NCBI GenBank assembly: GCA_022844165.1
Contig: JALHMH010000006.1
Location: 64,001-128,000, forward strand
DNA length: 64,000 bases
Reading direction: 5' to 3'
Source of the DNA: Lysobacterales bacterium
Lineage (GTDB): Bacteria > Pseudomonadota > Gammaproteobacteria > Xanthomonadales > SZUA-5
Both the position numbers and the translations under genes were made by a program. The stretch's first letter is position 1. Each line of letters starts with the position of its first letter. A model generated the notes under the pieces. It made no database searches. It was not told the origin of the DNA and saw only the letters and a list, made by a program, of their open reading frames with translations. Shown one piece after another: positions 48,387 through 58,404 of this stretch.

Positions 48387-51005
48387 TCAAGGACGCTCAT
48401 CGAGCAGTTTGACCAAGCCACAAACGCCATCTACCTCAACCATCTGCCCATCGCGCAGCGCAGCGCAAATTCCATCGACGCCAATCACGCAAGGCAGACC
48501 CAGCTCACGGGCGACAACGGCGCCGTGTTGCAGCATGCCGCCGACTTCCAGAATGACAGCGGCGGTTCGAAGGAACAGCGGCGTCCAGCCTGGATCGGTG
48601 ACATAGGCGACGAGAATGTCACCTGGCATGACGTCAACATCCGCGCTGCTCGCGATGCGCACGGGCCCGCGTGCAACGCCTGCAGAGACACCGACGCCCG
48701 ACCAGATTCGGCCGCTTGCGTTGGCTACTGCCACCGGTGCCCGCAAGATGCGCCCGCGCGAATCGATGATGGCGGGAAAATGGCGAACAAGACGACTAAG
48801 GCGCGCCGCGGCGGTGCGCCGCTGCGCAATCGACTCCGCCGCGCGAACGAGGCGGTCGGCCTGCAAGTCGTCGAGCTCTTCGGCCTGCACATAACGTATG
48901 TCGTCGAGGGCTCGCAGTTGCTTGTTCGCCAGCCCGGCCGCAGCTGCGCTTTTCGCACGCTCCCGCCAGCGTTGCAACAACATCAACAGATGGTGTTTGG
49001 GCAGATCGCGCCAGCCGGCGAAGCGCACCACAATTTTCTCCAGGTGTGCCAGCATCAAACGCTTTAACCAGCCGCTGCGCGCCAGTGCCTTCTGCAGCGC
49101 GGCGGTCCGTTTGGCGATCTGCTGTTGGTGCGCCTGAAGTGAATCGGCTCCTCCCTGCATCGCCGAAATGCTGCACAGCGCCAGATTCGGATCGTCCGAG
49201 TAGCGCGGTTGACCAACGTCCATTTCGTCGGGTCCGCGAAACCCAAATCGATCCAGGAAAGACTGCCATTGTTGGCAAAGCACCAGATCGACTCCGGCGT
49301 CCAGCGCGCTGCGCATTTCCGAGACTGTGCTCAGTCCGCGCGCCTTGAAAGCCGCAGCAAGCTGTGCCATGGCGTGTTGCATTGCGACGACGGGATTGCC
49401 CACAAAACCTTGCTGCAGCGCCATCCGTTCTGCCGGTTCCAGCACCCGCTCGGCGAGCGCTGTCTGCCATTGCAGCGCGATCATCCCTGGACCTAAAGTC
49501 GCCATCGATTGATTCAGCAGCGCCGGCATTTCAGCCGCTACATAGCGCTGCCAAAACTGCGTGGCCGGCAGCGCCAGGTTTGGCTGCGCCCGGAAACGTC
49601 GTTCGAGCGCCGCGAACAGGTGCTGCATGCGGCGGTGCGCAAAACGTGGCGCCAGCAGTGCCAGCAGCGTATTGCCGTAAAGGCCGCGCATCCGCCAGAT
49701 CAGAGCCGGCAGCCGCAGCAGGAGTGAAGCCCGCATCCAGCTTGGCACGCTCCGGGCGCGGACCTCGTCGGCGTCAAGGCTGGAAACAATGTTGGCCAGG
49801 CTCACATCCGTGACCCGCAGTTTGTTTGCGAGTGCTTTGGTACTGCTGAAGCCAAGCACATTCGACAAATCCAGATATACGCGCGAGGCACAAAAGTGTA
49901 CGAGGGCATCGTGCACGCGGTGAGGGTCGGCGCGAATATCGCCGATGCTCGCCCGCATTAAAGCCCTTGCGAGTTCGGCGAAGGTGGACAGTCCCAGAGG
50001 TGAGATCGGCGAATTCATGGTCAGACCGCTCGAAAGCGCCACATCCAGATACACGCGCCTGCGCTCGCCTGGCGCCGTCCGCAACGGATCGGGCAACGGA
50101 ACATAGGCGGTCATGGGCCGCGCCTGCAGCAGATACAAATCGCCCTTGCAGCCGATTTCGCCGCGATGGTATGCCCACTCGATATCGACCGGGCATTGCC
50201 AAAGTGCTTCGATAAGCTTGAGCTGCGCGACGATTTCCTGCAGCGCCGGTAGCGACAGGGATGGCGAACTCGAAGCAGATGGCCGGGCGACTACGCGACC
50301 ATCACGGGTATCGACGGTCCATGTGTCTGGCGTCGTCAGGCCCGCGACCACGTTCTCGCCCAGGCCAACGGCTGCGCTGACCACGGCATGATCATGATCG
50401 TTGCTGAGCGGGTCGACGGAAAATGCAACACCAGCGACGTCTGCATCGACCATGTGTTGAATCACCATCGCCAGTTTCAGCGCCTGGGCGTTGGCTCCGA
50501 CGGCTTTTCGGTACGCCAGGAACTGAGGGGCGAACAGTGCGGCAAATCCGTCGCGAATGGCGCGTTCGATTTGGTCCGGCGGTACATTCAGGCGGCTCAG
50601 AAGCGCTCCGGCAAAGCTGGCGGTTTCGCCATCCTCTTCTGGCGCGGACGAACGCACGGCGAACACACCCTCGCCTTTGCCCAACCAATCCAACGCGTCA
50701 TGCAGGGCCTTCAGCTGTGCTGGAGTGAAGACCATGCCATCGGCGATCAGGCGCTGTTTCGCGTGCGATTCCGCCCGCGGCTGCGCACCGGCTGCGACCA
50801 GCTCACGCCACGCATCACTGGCCATCGCCGCCTGGATCCAGGGGCGGAAGAAAGCCTGCGTCAGTGCCAGCGCTCGCGGTACCTTGAATCCGGCAACGCC
50901 GAGTTTATGCAATGACAGCGCTTTGCCACCGACCTGCTCGCGGTCGACTTCCAACCCGCTCGCTGCAGGCACCAACGACTGCCATAGTGGTTCGGCGTTC
51001 ATCAT
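48387..51005 (-). CDS. PEP-utilising phosphotransferase, rifampin phosphotransferase-like architecture
   Basis: N-terminal ATP-grasp (VGGKA, AVRSSA.EED, LLQARP); C-terminal swivel His domain (TDPGWTPLF...QHGAVVARE). Confidence 0.8.
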   Translation of the reverse strand: MMNAEPLWQSLVPAASGLEVDREQVGGKALSLHKLGVAGFKVPRALALTQAFFRPWIQAAMASDAWRELVAAGAQPRAESHAKQRLIADGMVFTPAQLKALHDALDWLGKGEGVFAVRSSAPEEDGETASFAGALLSRLNVPPDQIERAIRDGFAALFAPQFLAYRKAVGANAQALKLAMVIQHMVDADVAGVAFSVDPLSNDHDHAVVSAAVGLGENVVAGLTTPDTWTVDTRDGRVVARPSASSSPSLSLPALQEIVAQLKLIEALWQCPVDIEWAYHRGEIGCKGDLYLLQARPMTAYVPLPDPLRTAPGERRRVYLDVALSSGLTMNSPISPLGLSTFAELARALMRASIGDIRADPHRVHDALVHFCASRVYLDLSNVLGFSSTKALANKLRVTDVSLANIVSSLDADEVRARSVPSWMRASLLLRLPALIWRMRGLYGNTLLALLAPRFAHRRMQHLFAALERRFRAQPNLALPATQFWQRYVAAEMPALLNQSMATLGPGMIALQWQTALAERVLEPAERMALQQGFVGNPVVAMQHAMAQLAAAFKARGLSTVSEMRSALDAGVDLVLCQQWQSFLDRFGFRGPDEMDVGQPRYSDDPNLALCSISAMQGGADSLQAHQQQIAKRTAALQKALARSGWLKRLMLAHLEKIVVRFAGWRDLPKHHLLMLLQRWRERAKSAAAAGLANKQLRALDDIRYVQAEELDDLQADRLVRAAESIAQRRTAAARLSRLVRHFPAIIDSRGRILRAPVAVANASGRIWSGVGVSAGVARGPVRIASSADVDVMPGDILVAYVTDPGWTPLFLRTAAVILEVGGMLQHGAVVARELGLPCVIGVDGICAALRDGQMVEVDGVCGLVKLLDERP

Positions 51006-51664
51006 CCAGATGCCTTGTCGGATTCGATCGCACTCAGGCGCGGGGCGAGCAGATCGCGCAATAACCTCTTCCCGAGGTTGCTGTCAGCGCGCGCGCCGCG
51101 TTTGGGCGCCAGGGCAGTGTCGATCAACTCGGCGATATCGTTTTGCCCTGCGGCCGACGAGTCAAGTTGTATCAAGCCTAAAGTCAAAGCGCGCAACCAA
51201 TGCGCGATGGGGTCGGCGGCGATATCGGCGCGGATCAAACCGGCGTCTTGCAAAGCAGCAAGATAGTCGCGTTTGTGATCGGCATTCGCAGCGGCACGCA
51301 ATGGACTTGAGACACGCCGCAGATAGGCACCGAGTATGGCGATGTCCTGGCGGACGAAAGCGAGTAGCAGGGGCTGCCGTGCCAGAACCTGCATCGCCAA
51401 CCGAAATTGCGTTCCGACCCGACCACCGTTCGGATCGTCTTCGACGACGGTGAGCCATGAACGCACAAATGTCGCCAGCTCGCGCACAAGCAGCGCATCG
51501 AGCAGTGCCTCTTTGCTGGCGAAACTAAGGTAGAACGCGCCCTTGCTGATCCCCGCCGCCTGCGCGAGGTCGGCGATGGTGGTTTTATCGAAACCCAGCC
51601 GCGGCAACAGTTGTGCGGCGGCATCCAGCAGCTGCGTAGGCGAAATGCGCTTGGTACGGGGCAT
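51002..51664 (-). CDS. TetR/AcrR family transcriptional regulator
   Basis: GFDKTTIADLAQAAGISKGAFY.SF.SKE HTH; ATGA overlap with the downstream gene. Confidence 0.92.
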   Translation of the reverse strand: MPRTKRISPTQLLDAAAQLLPRLGFDKTTIADLAQAAGISKGAFYLSFASKEALLDALLVRELATFVRSWLTVVEDDPNGGRVGTQFRLAMQVLARQPLLLAFVRQDIAILGAYLRRVSSPLRAAANADHKRDYLAALQDAGLIRADIAADPIAHWLRALTLGLIQLDSSAAGQNDIAELIDTALAPKRGARADSNLGKRLLRDLLAPRLSAIESDKASG

Positions 51665-51665
51665 A

Positions 51666-51702
51666 AATGACCGAAAGAACGAATACGGTCATTAATCTAG
51701 CA
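51666..51702 (-). promoter_or_regulatory. Putative TetR operator and extended -10 promoter
   Basis: AATGACCG-N12-CGGTCATT inverted repeat at 51666-51693; adjacent minus-strand TG-C-TAGATT (51702-51694). Confidence 0.6.
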
Positions 51703-51810
51703 CATTCGCAATTCGCGCTCGACCGATGTCGTTCGGACGGCTTTGATGGAAATTCGCGAATCGGCGTGTCCGGTGAAGCGACAAGCCTAAAATTGCGGAA
51801 TCAGAGTGCT

Positions 51811-54771
51811 CTACTCGAATCCGTTAGCGAATAGATCGTCCTCAAGCCGTGCCGGTCCGCCCAGCATCAGAATGTTGTTGGGCGACGCGCGATAGACGCC
51901 AAACTGGCCGGCATTGAGCGTCAAACGCCAGGTGTTGTTGTCCAGTCGCGTAGCGCGCGATGCCAGGTTGTACCAGGCGAAGGACGCATCGTTCCCAGGC
52001 ACGGTGGGGCCATAGTTGCGCCAACTCCAATCGGCGTCGTTGAAGCTGGCACCGTGGAAGGTGATGTCGAGCGTGGCCTGTGCGCAGTTCGGTAGTTCGA
52101 AGCGCACCAGCCCCTGCGGGTATTCAATCAGCTCGCTACGCGGATCAATCGGCAACAACGACGGTTGCGCCAGTTCGCTGTTGTTGATTTGCGTGCAACC
52201 ACCGCCGGCAATGTCGATGGTAAATGCAACATCGGTTCCGAGCCCTTCGGGCAGCAATCCAGCGCTGGCGGGTATCGCAAACACCATGCCGGCCTTGGAC
52301 GCGACCGACGCTTGCGTCGCGTCGGGTACGCCGTCGCTGTTGCCATCGCCCATTGTCAATCCCGGCGATTGTTCTTCGAGCTGCGTCGGTGCACCATCTC
52401 CATCGGGATCCAAGGGCTCGGTAAACTCCCAAACGCCGGCAACCGTTCCGGCAAACAGGCGAAACGGATCGCCAGGCGCGCGTGCGGGAATGGCCAGCGC
52501 GAGCGCCGCGTCTGCCGCCAGCCCGATACTGTAGCTGTTCCACGTCAGCCCACCGTCCGTACTGCGATACACACCACCCGGATTTGCCACCGTACCACCA
52601 GCGCCCGCAAACACGGTATTGCCGGTCGCATCGTTTGGATCGACCAGCAACGCACGCACATCGGCGCCCGCCACGCCGGTGTCGGCGCGGGTCCAGGTTG
52701 CGCCAGCATCATCGCTCCGATACACCTGTCCGCTGCGGTTATTGCCGCTGGTGTTGATGGCTGTTGCGTAGAGCCGATTGGAATTGGCGGGCGCGATGGC
52801 GATAGAAAGTACATCCCAGTGCGACGACGATGGTCCGCCGAATCGCGGCAAGCCGTTGCTGCTATGTACCCAGGTCGCACCGCCGTTCGTGGACTTGAAC
52901 ACGCCATTGTTGATCGTGGGCTCGACAACCGAGCTGAAGTTGGTTCGCGTCAGAAATGTGCCGGCATAGACCACATTGGGATTATTGGGGTCAACCGCCA
53001 GTGGCACGACGCCGCCGATGAACGCACAGTCAAGGGCCGGGCTCGGGTCCAGGTCCTGTCCGATGGGAATGCCACTGTCGGATGCCGTCCACAGCGCGCC
53101 TGCATTTGTCGACTTGTAAATTCGCGCCGATTGCACGGTATCCGGGCATCCGGACGTCGCAATGACGCGGCCGCCGCCACCCACATAAATCGTTTTCAGG
53201 GTACTCGCTGCGGTCGGCGGAACCACGGCTGGACAAGGGCCGGTGGCGGGCGGGCTATCGCAACTGCGTGGATCGAGCGTTACACTTCTGACCGTACCCA
53301 TGAACGGACGTGTTGCCGAACCGAAGTTGGTCAGCGCAATGCCGTTATCGATGGTCAGCCAGTTGTTGCCGCCATCGGTGCTCTTGTAGATGCCGCCGTC
53401 GAGGGCAGTGTTATCGGGAATCGGTGCTGATCGCCCGCTGGCGTATACATGAAAGTTCTCCGCGGTTCCCGGGTTGGCATCGACCGTGGTTGGATCGATC
53501 GCGATCGCGCGAATTTGTTCGGCGTTCATGCCGTTATCGCTGTTGGCCCAACTAGACCCGCCGTCGGCCGACCGGTGCAGCGGGATCGATGTGCTGAAGG
53601 CGTCGCCCAAACCTGCCAGTACCACGTTCGCATCGCGCGGATGTGCACCGAGTGCCCGGATATTGCTCGATTCGAACCCGCTGTTGCGCGGCAACCACAG
53701 CGTGCCGTTGTTCGTTGTACGCAATAAACCGCCGCTATCGGTGCCGACCAACACATGAGCGGTACCCGGGTAGTTGCTATGAAATGCGATGGTGCTGGCT
53801 TGGGCTGAATCCGTGCCATTGACGGTGAAGTTATTCCCCGAGGCCGAGAAACTGACCCACACTGGCGAGGCCGCCGTTGCATCGTCGGTCCGAACCACTG
53901 TCGAGCCGCAACTGCCCCACATGCCGGTCGGGCTGCTCGGGTAAACGAATACGCTGGACAACTGACAGCCCGACGGGCCGACGATCGATGTCCATGTGGC
54001 ACCGCCATTGGCCGACGTGAGTATCGCATCACCGTAAAGATAAACACGCTGCGCATCGCTGGGCGCCACCGCGATACCGTTGACGAAACTCATCAGCGGT
54101 TGCACCACCGGCGATGGATCGACATCCGGCAGGGCGCCCGCCGCACTCCAGGTTGCGCCGGCGTTGGTGCTCTTACGTACCATGTTGAGACCGTAGCCAG
54201 TTTCGAAATATCGATCCGCAACGGCATAAACATCGCCGTTGGCGGCGATCACGACGTACCTCATCGGTCCCGACGGAAAACTCCCAGCCGCCGACGTGGT
54301 CCACGTTGAGCCGCTGTTGGTCGATACATAGCTGATGTCGCCACTCAGCACCGCCACGCGAGAACCGTCGCCCGGCCCCACGGCCGTGGATTGTGGGAAG
54401 GTGCCCGATGACCAGGGCGACGGCAGCGGAAACCAGCTCAGACCAAAGTCAGCACTACGATGCATCACGCCCGCGTTGCCTGCGATCACATACGCGGCAT
54501 TGCTGCCGTTGGTCGCCGTGCCAAGGTTAAATCGGAAGCCAGGCGGTAGGCCGACTTCTGCGCGGCTCCAGTTGCCGCCCGAGTTACTGGATCGAAACAG
54601 GCCGCCGCGACCGAGCGCAAGGTACAAGCTGTTCGGCGAGAGCGGCGAAATCGCCACCGACGAAACCGTGCCTCCGTGGGGCCCTGTTGTTGTCCATACG
54701 CCGACGCCGGCATGCGACACGAGGCTGCCGCAGAGCAGCGTAACGCCCGCCATTAACCGCTTCTTGTTCAT
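51811..54771 (-). CDS. Large secreted BNR/Asp-box (VPS10-like) beta-propeller protein with C-terminal FANGFE tail
   Basis: Signal peptide from ATG 54771; many S.DGG.TW Asp-box repeats; ends DDLFANGFE. Confidence 0.85.
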   Translation of the reverse strand: MNKKRLMAGVTLLCGSLVSHAGVGVWTTTGPHGGTVSSVAISPLSPNSLYLALGRGGLFRSSNSGGNWSRAEVGLPPGFRFNLGTATNGSNAAYVIAGNAGVMHRSADFGLSWFPLPSPWSSGTFPQSTAVGPGDGSRVAVLSGDISYVSTNSGSTWTTSAAGSFPSGPMRYVVIAANGDVYAVADRYFETGYGLNMVRKSTNAGATWSAAGALPDVDPSPVVQPLMSFVNGIAVAPSDAQRVYLYGDAILTSANGGATWTSIVGPSGCQLSSVFVYPSSPTGMWGSCGSTVVRTDDATAASPVWVSFSASGNNFTVNGTDSAQASTIAFHSNYPGTAHVLVGTDSGGLLRTTNNGTLWLPRNSGFESSNIRALGAHPRDANVVLAGLGDAFSTSIPLHRSADGGSSWANSDNGMNAEQIRAIAIDPTTVDANPGTAENFHVYASGRSAPIPDNTALDGGIYKSTDGGNNWLTIDNGIALTNFGSATRPFMGTVRSVTLDPRSCDSPPATGPCPAVVPPTAASTLKTIYVGGGGRVIATSGCPDTVQSARIYKSTNAGALWTASDSGIPIGQDLDPSPALDCAFIGGVVPLAVDPNNPNVVYAGTFLTRTNFSSVVEPTINNGVFKSTNGGATWVHSSNGLPRFGGPSSSHWDVLSIAIAPANSNRLYATAINTSGNNRSGQVYRSDDAGATWTRADTGVAGADVRALLVDPNDATGNTVFAGAGGTVANPGGVYRSTDGGLTWNSYSIGLAADAALALAIPARAPGDPFRLFAGTVAGVWEFTEPLDPDGDGAPTQLEEQSPGLTMGDGNSDGVPDATQASVASKAGMVFAIPASAGLLPEGLGTDVAFTIDIAGGGCTQINNSELAQPSLLPIDPRSELIEYPQGLVRFELPNCAQATLDITFHGASFNDADWSWRNYGPTVPGNDASFAWYNLASRATRLDNNTWRLTLNAGQFGVYRASPNNILMLGGPARLEDDLFANGFE

Positions 54772-54864
54772 CCGATCACCCGAGAGCCTGCTGATCCGTG
54801 GCGGATACTGCCACCAAGTGCAAGTCTGTGGCGAAACGACGTTCGGAAGCGTGAATGGGATCCG

Positions 54865-55117
54865 CAATGGCGGTTCTGGCAAGTACGCTGTCGAGCGAAG
54901 CCAACAATGCTCGGCGGTCTGAGGCGAAGCCTCGCTAGAGTCTTTGATGGAGCTGGATCTTGTTAGTTGAGTCAAATTTCTCCGGAGCGGCTTTGGCTGT
55001 TGAAGCCCCCTTAAATTAAGGGGGCGATTGAGCGCGCAGCGCTCAATGGGGGTTGTGGCAAGTACGCTGTCGAACGAAGCCCACAATGCTCGGCGGTCTG
55101 AGGCGAAGCCTCGCTAG
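54865..55117. repeat. Composite intergenic repeat: two 74-bp direct copies around a palindromic spacer
   Basis: 54865-54938 versus 55044-55117 are 70/74 identical; spacer holds the palindrome CCCCCTTAAATTAAGGGGG (55006-55024). Confidence 0.85.
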
Positions 55118-55677
55118 TAGATCTGTCCCTGCAGTTCTTTGTAGCGGCGCAGCGCTGTACACGCCGCTTCGCGCTGGATATCGCGCCGAACCTCGATGCC
55201 ACGACGATTTAACTCGCCGACCCAATCGTTGGGCAGCGGGCCTTCGTCGAAACCGGTCAGCGATTCGACATCCTCACTGCGTGCGCCGATCAGCAGCGTG
55301 TCGATACCGGCCCATACCGTAGCGCCAAAACACTGGCAACACGGTTGGGCGCTGGTGGCCAACGTGATCTTGCGGCCGATCGCGTTCAGGCGAAATTGCT
55401 GCAAACGTTGCTGCGCTGTCATAAAGGCCATCATCTCGGCATGTGCCACGGAGCAGTTCTGCTGCAGCACGCGGTTGACCCCGACGCTGATCAAGTGCCC
55501 TTCATCGGTAAACACCGCGGCACCGAACGGCCCACCGGTGCCGTGTTCAACGTTCATCCGCGACAACTCGATCGCCAATCCGACCTGGTCCTCCGCGGAG
55601 CGATAAGGGCGAGACATGTCGATGACCCGTTGCGTCCACGCAGGCAGGGTCAGATGTACCTGGACCGGCAGAATCAC
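55114..55677 (-). CDS. Zinc-dependent nucleoside/guanine deaminase family protein
   Basis: GGPFGA, HAE and PCCQC motifs. Confidence 0.88.
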   Translation of the reverse strand: MILPVQVHLTLPAWTQRVIDMSRPYRSAEDQVGLAIELSRMNVEHGTGGPFGAAVFTDEGHLISVGVNRVLQQNCSVAHAEMMAFMTAQQRLQQFRLNAIGRKITLATSAQPCCQCFGATVWAGIDTLLIGARSEDVESLTGFDEGPLPNDWVGELNRRGIEVRRDIQREAACTALRRYKELQGQIY

Positions 55678-57395
55678 TTCTCCGCCTTGGCGTAGGAATC
55701 GCGCAACGTGACGATACGGTTGAACACGAGGCGCTCCATGCGGTGGTCGAACTGATCGGCCACAAAGTACCCTAAGCGCTCGAACTGAAAGCGCGACTCG
55801 ATCGGCACATCACGCAGACTGGACTCCAGATATCCGCGCACGATGATCTTGCTGCGCGGGTTCAAGTGATCGCGATAGGTCTTGCCGTCGCTATCGTCAT
55901 CCGGGTTCGGCACGTCGAATAATCGATCGTAAAGGCGAACTTCAGCCGGCACGGCGCTGGCGGCACACACCCAGTGGATCGTACCCTTGACCTTACGTTC
56001 GGCGCCAGGCAGGCCAGGTCGTGTACTGGCATCCAGGGAAACGCGAAGTTCGATGACGGTTCCGTTGCTGTCTTTGACGACCTCATCGCAGCGCACAATG
56101 CCAACACCGCGCAAGCGCACTTCGCCACCGGGCACGAGTCGGTGGAATCCTTTGGGCGGCACCTCGGCGAAGTCTTCGCGCTCGATATAGAGGCGTGGCG
56201 AAAATGATACCTCGCGCGTTCCCTTGGTTGGATCTTTGGGGTGGTTGGCAAAACTCAGCGTCTCGCAGTGGTCGGGCGGCAGATTCGCGATGGTCACCGG
56301 GAGCGGATCGAGCACCGCCAGACGCCGCGACGCTTTGCTGTCCAGGTCGTCGCGAACACAGCCTTCCAGTACGCTGTACTCGATCGTCGCTACTTGTTTG
56401 CTGTAGCCCATGCGTTCCCAGAAGGTGCGAATCGCGCCGGACGGAAACCCACGTCGGCGCGCGCCGGAAAGTGTCGGCATACGCGGATCGTTCCATCCAT
56501 CGACCAGGCCCTCCTGCACCAGCGCAATCAGCTTGCGCTTGCTCATCACCGTGTAGTCGAGATTGCCGCGCGCAAATTCGGTTTGCCGCGGTCGCGAGGG
56601 TGTCATGTGCAGGCCCTTGGCGCGCAGCGGCTCGGTCAATGCCAGATCGTGCTCGATGTCGAGTTGATCCAGGCACCAATCGTACAGCGGGCGGTGATCC
56701 TCGAATTCCAGCGTGCACAGGCTGTGCGTGATGCCCTCAACGGCGTCGGAAATGCAGTGCGCGTAGTCGTACATGGGGTAAATGCACCACGCATCGCCAG
56801 TGTTCTGATGGCGCACTTTGCGGATGCGATACAAGGCCGGATCGCGCAGGTTGATGTTCGGCGAGGCCATGTCGATCCTGGCGCGCAAGGTGCGCGCGCC
56901 GTCCTCGAACTCGCCAGCGCGCATGCGCCGAAAAAGCTCCAGATTGGTATCGATGTCGCGGTCGCGGAACGGGCTGTTGCGGCCTGGTTCGGTCAGCGTG
57001 CCGCGATAGGCGCGCACGTCATCGGCGCTCAGATCGCACACGTAAGCCTGACCCTGGCGGATCAACTTCTCGCCGCACAGATAGAAGACCTCGAAATAAT
57101 CCGATGCATGCAGCAGGTTGGCCCACTCAAATCCCAACCAGCGAACATCGTCTTTGATCGCGTTGACGTATTCGATGTCCTCTTTGCTTGGATTGGTGTC
57201 ATCGAAGCGCAGGTTGCAGGAGCCGCCAAAATCGTGCGCCATACCGAAGTTCAGGCAGATGCTCTTGGCGTGACCCAGATGCAGGTAGCCGTTTGGTTCG
57301 GGCGGAAAGCGCGTCGCTACACGCCCACCGTGCGCCCCGCGCGCGCGATCCGTTTCGATCATGCTGCGGATAAAGTGACTGACCGTGTCTGACAT
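55674..57395 (-). CDS. glnS: Glutamine--tRNA ligase
   Basis: TRFPPEPNGYLHLGHAKS, MSKRK and FQFERLGYF. Confidence 0.96.
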   Translation of the reverse strand: MSDTVSHFIRSMIETDRARGAHGGRVATRFPPEPNGYLHLGHAKSICLNFGMAHDFGGSCNLRFDDTNPSKEDIEYVNAIKDDVRWLGFEWANLLHASDYFEVFYLCGEKLIRQGQAYVCDLSADDVRAYRGTLTEPGRNSPFRDRDIDTNLELFRRMRAGEFEDGARTLRARIDMASPNINLRDPALYRIRKVRHQNTGDAWCIYPMYDYAHCISDAVEGITHSLCTLEFEDHRPLYDWCLDQLDIEHDLALTEPLRAKGLHMTPSRPRQTEFARGNLDYTVMSKRKLIALVQEGLVDGWNDPRMPTLSGARRRGFPSGAIRTFWERMGYSKQVATIEYSVLEGCVRDDLDSKASRRLAVLDPLPVTIANLPPDHCETLSFANHPKDPTKGTREVSFSPRLYIEREDFAEVPPKGFHRLVPGGEVRLRGVGIVRCDEVVKDSNGTVIELRVSLDASTRPGLPGAERKVKGTIHWVCAASAVPAEVRLYDRLFDVPNPDDDSDGKTYRDHLNPRSKIIVRGYLESSLRDVPIESRFQFERLGYFVADQFDHRMERLVFNRIVTLRDSYAKAEK

Positions 57396-57535
57396 AAGCG
57401 GAGACCGAACTGGCGCAAAGGGCGCGGATTCTACGGGTTTGCTGCACAGGCTGCGCGCTCGGCGCAGGCATCGCTGCCGCGGTAAGCCTTTGGCACTACC
57501 CCGGCAATCGGAGATGATCCAGAGTGGGTCTCGGC

Positions 57536-57839
57536 AGGGTTTCGCTCAGACCGACGAGCATTGTCGGCTTCGCTCGACAGCGCATCGGCCACGGCTAGAG
57601 TCCTTGACGGAGACTGATCTCGACAAATGAGTCAAATTTTCTACAAAGGGGCTTTGGCTTTGGCAGCCCCCTTAAATTAAGGGGGGTGAGGACTGGCGCT
57701 TACACGCCGATAGGCGTGTGCCGATCCGAACGACCGGCGGCTTTGCCGCCGGGCCGGAAATGCGGAGCGCGGGGTTGTGGCGAGTACGCTGTCTGGCGAA
57801 GCCAACAATGCTCGGCAGTCTGAGGCGAAGCCTCGCTAG
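57536..57839. repeat. Second composite repeat cluster of the same family
   Basis: Inverted degenerate copy 57536-57591, spacer homologue with CCCCCTTAAATTAAGGGGG (57667-57685) and direct copy 57771-57839. Confidence 0.8.
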
Positions 57840-57861
57840 ACTTGGGTTCAAGGAGCGTAGT

Positions 57862-58395
57862 ATGACCGCGTTGCCAGAATGGTCGCAGGCACCAATGCCA
57901 TCCATACCGCAGGTTTCGCAATTGCATCTGCCGATCCGGGCTGAGACGCATCAGGGCCTCGGTGAGCTTGAAGGCATGCTGCTGTTCGACGGCCGCGAGT
58001 TGCGCCTGGACTTTCAAACCTCAGACAGCCTTTTCGGCGTGCTGCGGTCTAAGCCTGAGAGTGTCATCGTACCGCTGGCAGCAATCCAGTCGGTCCGTTG
58101 CGGTTTGGGGTTTTTTTGGGTGATGCCGTATATCGCACTGGAGCTCAACGATTTTCAGCTGCTTGCACGGGTGCCCGGAGCGAATGGTGGGCGATGGCGC
58201 TTGCGTGTCCGCTATCGCGATCGGCAGGCGCTACTGCGCATGACCGACGCGGTCGCCTTTGCGCGCGCCCAATGGCTGCACGAGCGGCTCGCCTCGGATC
58301 TGCCGCCTTTGCCGCCGTATGGTGTGCCGACGCCCCTCTCCAGCACCGCCGAAGACACCAATCCGTCAGAGGCCAGGCGGCGTATCCCAGAGTAG
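57862..58395 (+). CDS. Hypothetical protein
   Basis: AAGGAG upstream of ATG 57862; fills the gap between the repeat cluster and the next gene. Confidence 0.65.
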   Translation: MTALPEWSQAPMPSIPQVSQLHLPIRAETHQGLGELEGMLLFDGRELRLDFQTSDSLFGVLRSKPESVIVPLAAIQSVRCGLGFFWVMPYIALELNDFQLLARVPGANGGRWRLRVRYRDRQALLRMTDAVAFARAQWLHERLASDLPPLPPYGVPTPLSSTAEDTNPSEARRRIPE

Positions 58396-58404
58396 CGCCG
58401 CGAC

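Noticed and set aside
54772-55086. N-terminal extension of the 1091-aa ORF
   Set aside because: It translates repeat DNA; the true start with signal peptide is 54771.
54865-55117. Possible mini-CRISPR array
   Set aside because: Repeats are 74 bp, the 'spacer' is itself repeated at 57.6 kb, copies occur in both orientations, and there are no cas genes.
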